Source: Carcharhinus amblyrhynchos
Lineage: Eukaryota
NCBI GenBank assembly: GCA_965287045.1
Contig: OZ336893.1
Coordinates: 3,286,001-3,350,000, forward strand
Reading direction: 5' to 3'
DNA: 64,000 bases
The position numbers were made by a program, and so were the translations under genes. A model generated the notes under the pieces. The model ran no database searches, had not been told where the DNA came from, and saw only the letters and a program-made list of their open reading frames with translations. This document shows positions 63,790-64,000 of this stretch, in pieces; the stretch's first letter is position 1, and each line of letters begins with the position of its first letter.

Positions 63790-64000
63790 ACATCTCATGA
63801 CACTAGATCAAACATGGACAAAGAATTTTCCTGTTAATTACAACTTCTGCTTTCCCTCAGCTGATGAATCAGTGTTTCTCCATGTTGAGCACCAATTGAA
63901 AGAGCATTGAGAGTAGTAAGGATGCAGAATATACACTAATGTCTATCACTACTACTGAGAGTGCTAACTGAGCCCTGAAGATTATATCTGCCAGACTGGA

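Noticed and set aside
1-64000. Prokaryotic-type system (CRISPR array, retron, defence operon) suggested by the many RT ORFs
   Set aside because: All RT ORFs are vertebrate LINE ORF2 pieces with CR1/L2 tails inside introns of a spliced gene; there is no repeat-spacer array.
56766-64000. Upstream ADGRB2 exon (third intracellular loop or TM5); donor-like GTGAGT sites near 60925 and 61375
   Set aside because: The required phase-2 frame has a stop just upstream of both donors and no BAI-like peptide was recognised; the exon probably lies beyond the window.

Overview
Vertebrate genomic DNA, almost certainly from a cartilaginous fish (HE1/V-type SINEs, SacSINE1/Deu-type SINEs, abundant CR1/HER1-type LINEs). 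The window lies inside the 3' half of a minus-strand adhesion GPCR gene, ADGRB2 (BAI2). Six coding exons were read by hand with canonical AG/GT ends and consistent phases: 56594-56765, 43849-43944, 36008-36047, 20201-20865, 14059-14094 and 1-68 (cut by the window edge). The introns are mostly transposon DNA: a very young CR1 family (4 near-identical copies), older CR1/L2/Rex1-like LINE fragments, tRNA-derived SINEs, and Harbinger transposase/Myb fossils with MITE-like derivatives. The most unusual signal is a family of five short, TSD-flanked, palindromic Penelope-like elements; the copy at 41081-41292 is an 87-bp near-perfect hairpin carrying an intact minimal hammerhead ribozyme. Other oddities: a fold-back element with that same insertion in both arms, a CR1 LINE with a V-SINE domain in its 3' UTR, a LINE with a tRNA-like head plus its bipartite SINE derivative, and inverted near-identical LINE copies bracketing frame-preserving exons. 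No prokaryotic system or CRISPR array is present. Family names come from recalled motifs, not database searches, and the ends of old repeats are approximate.
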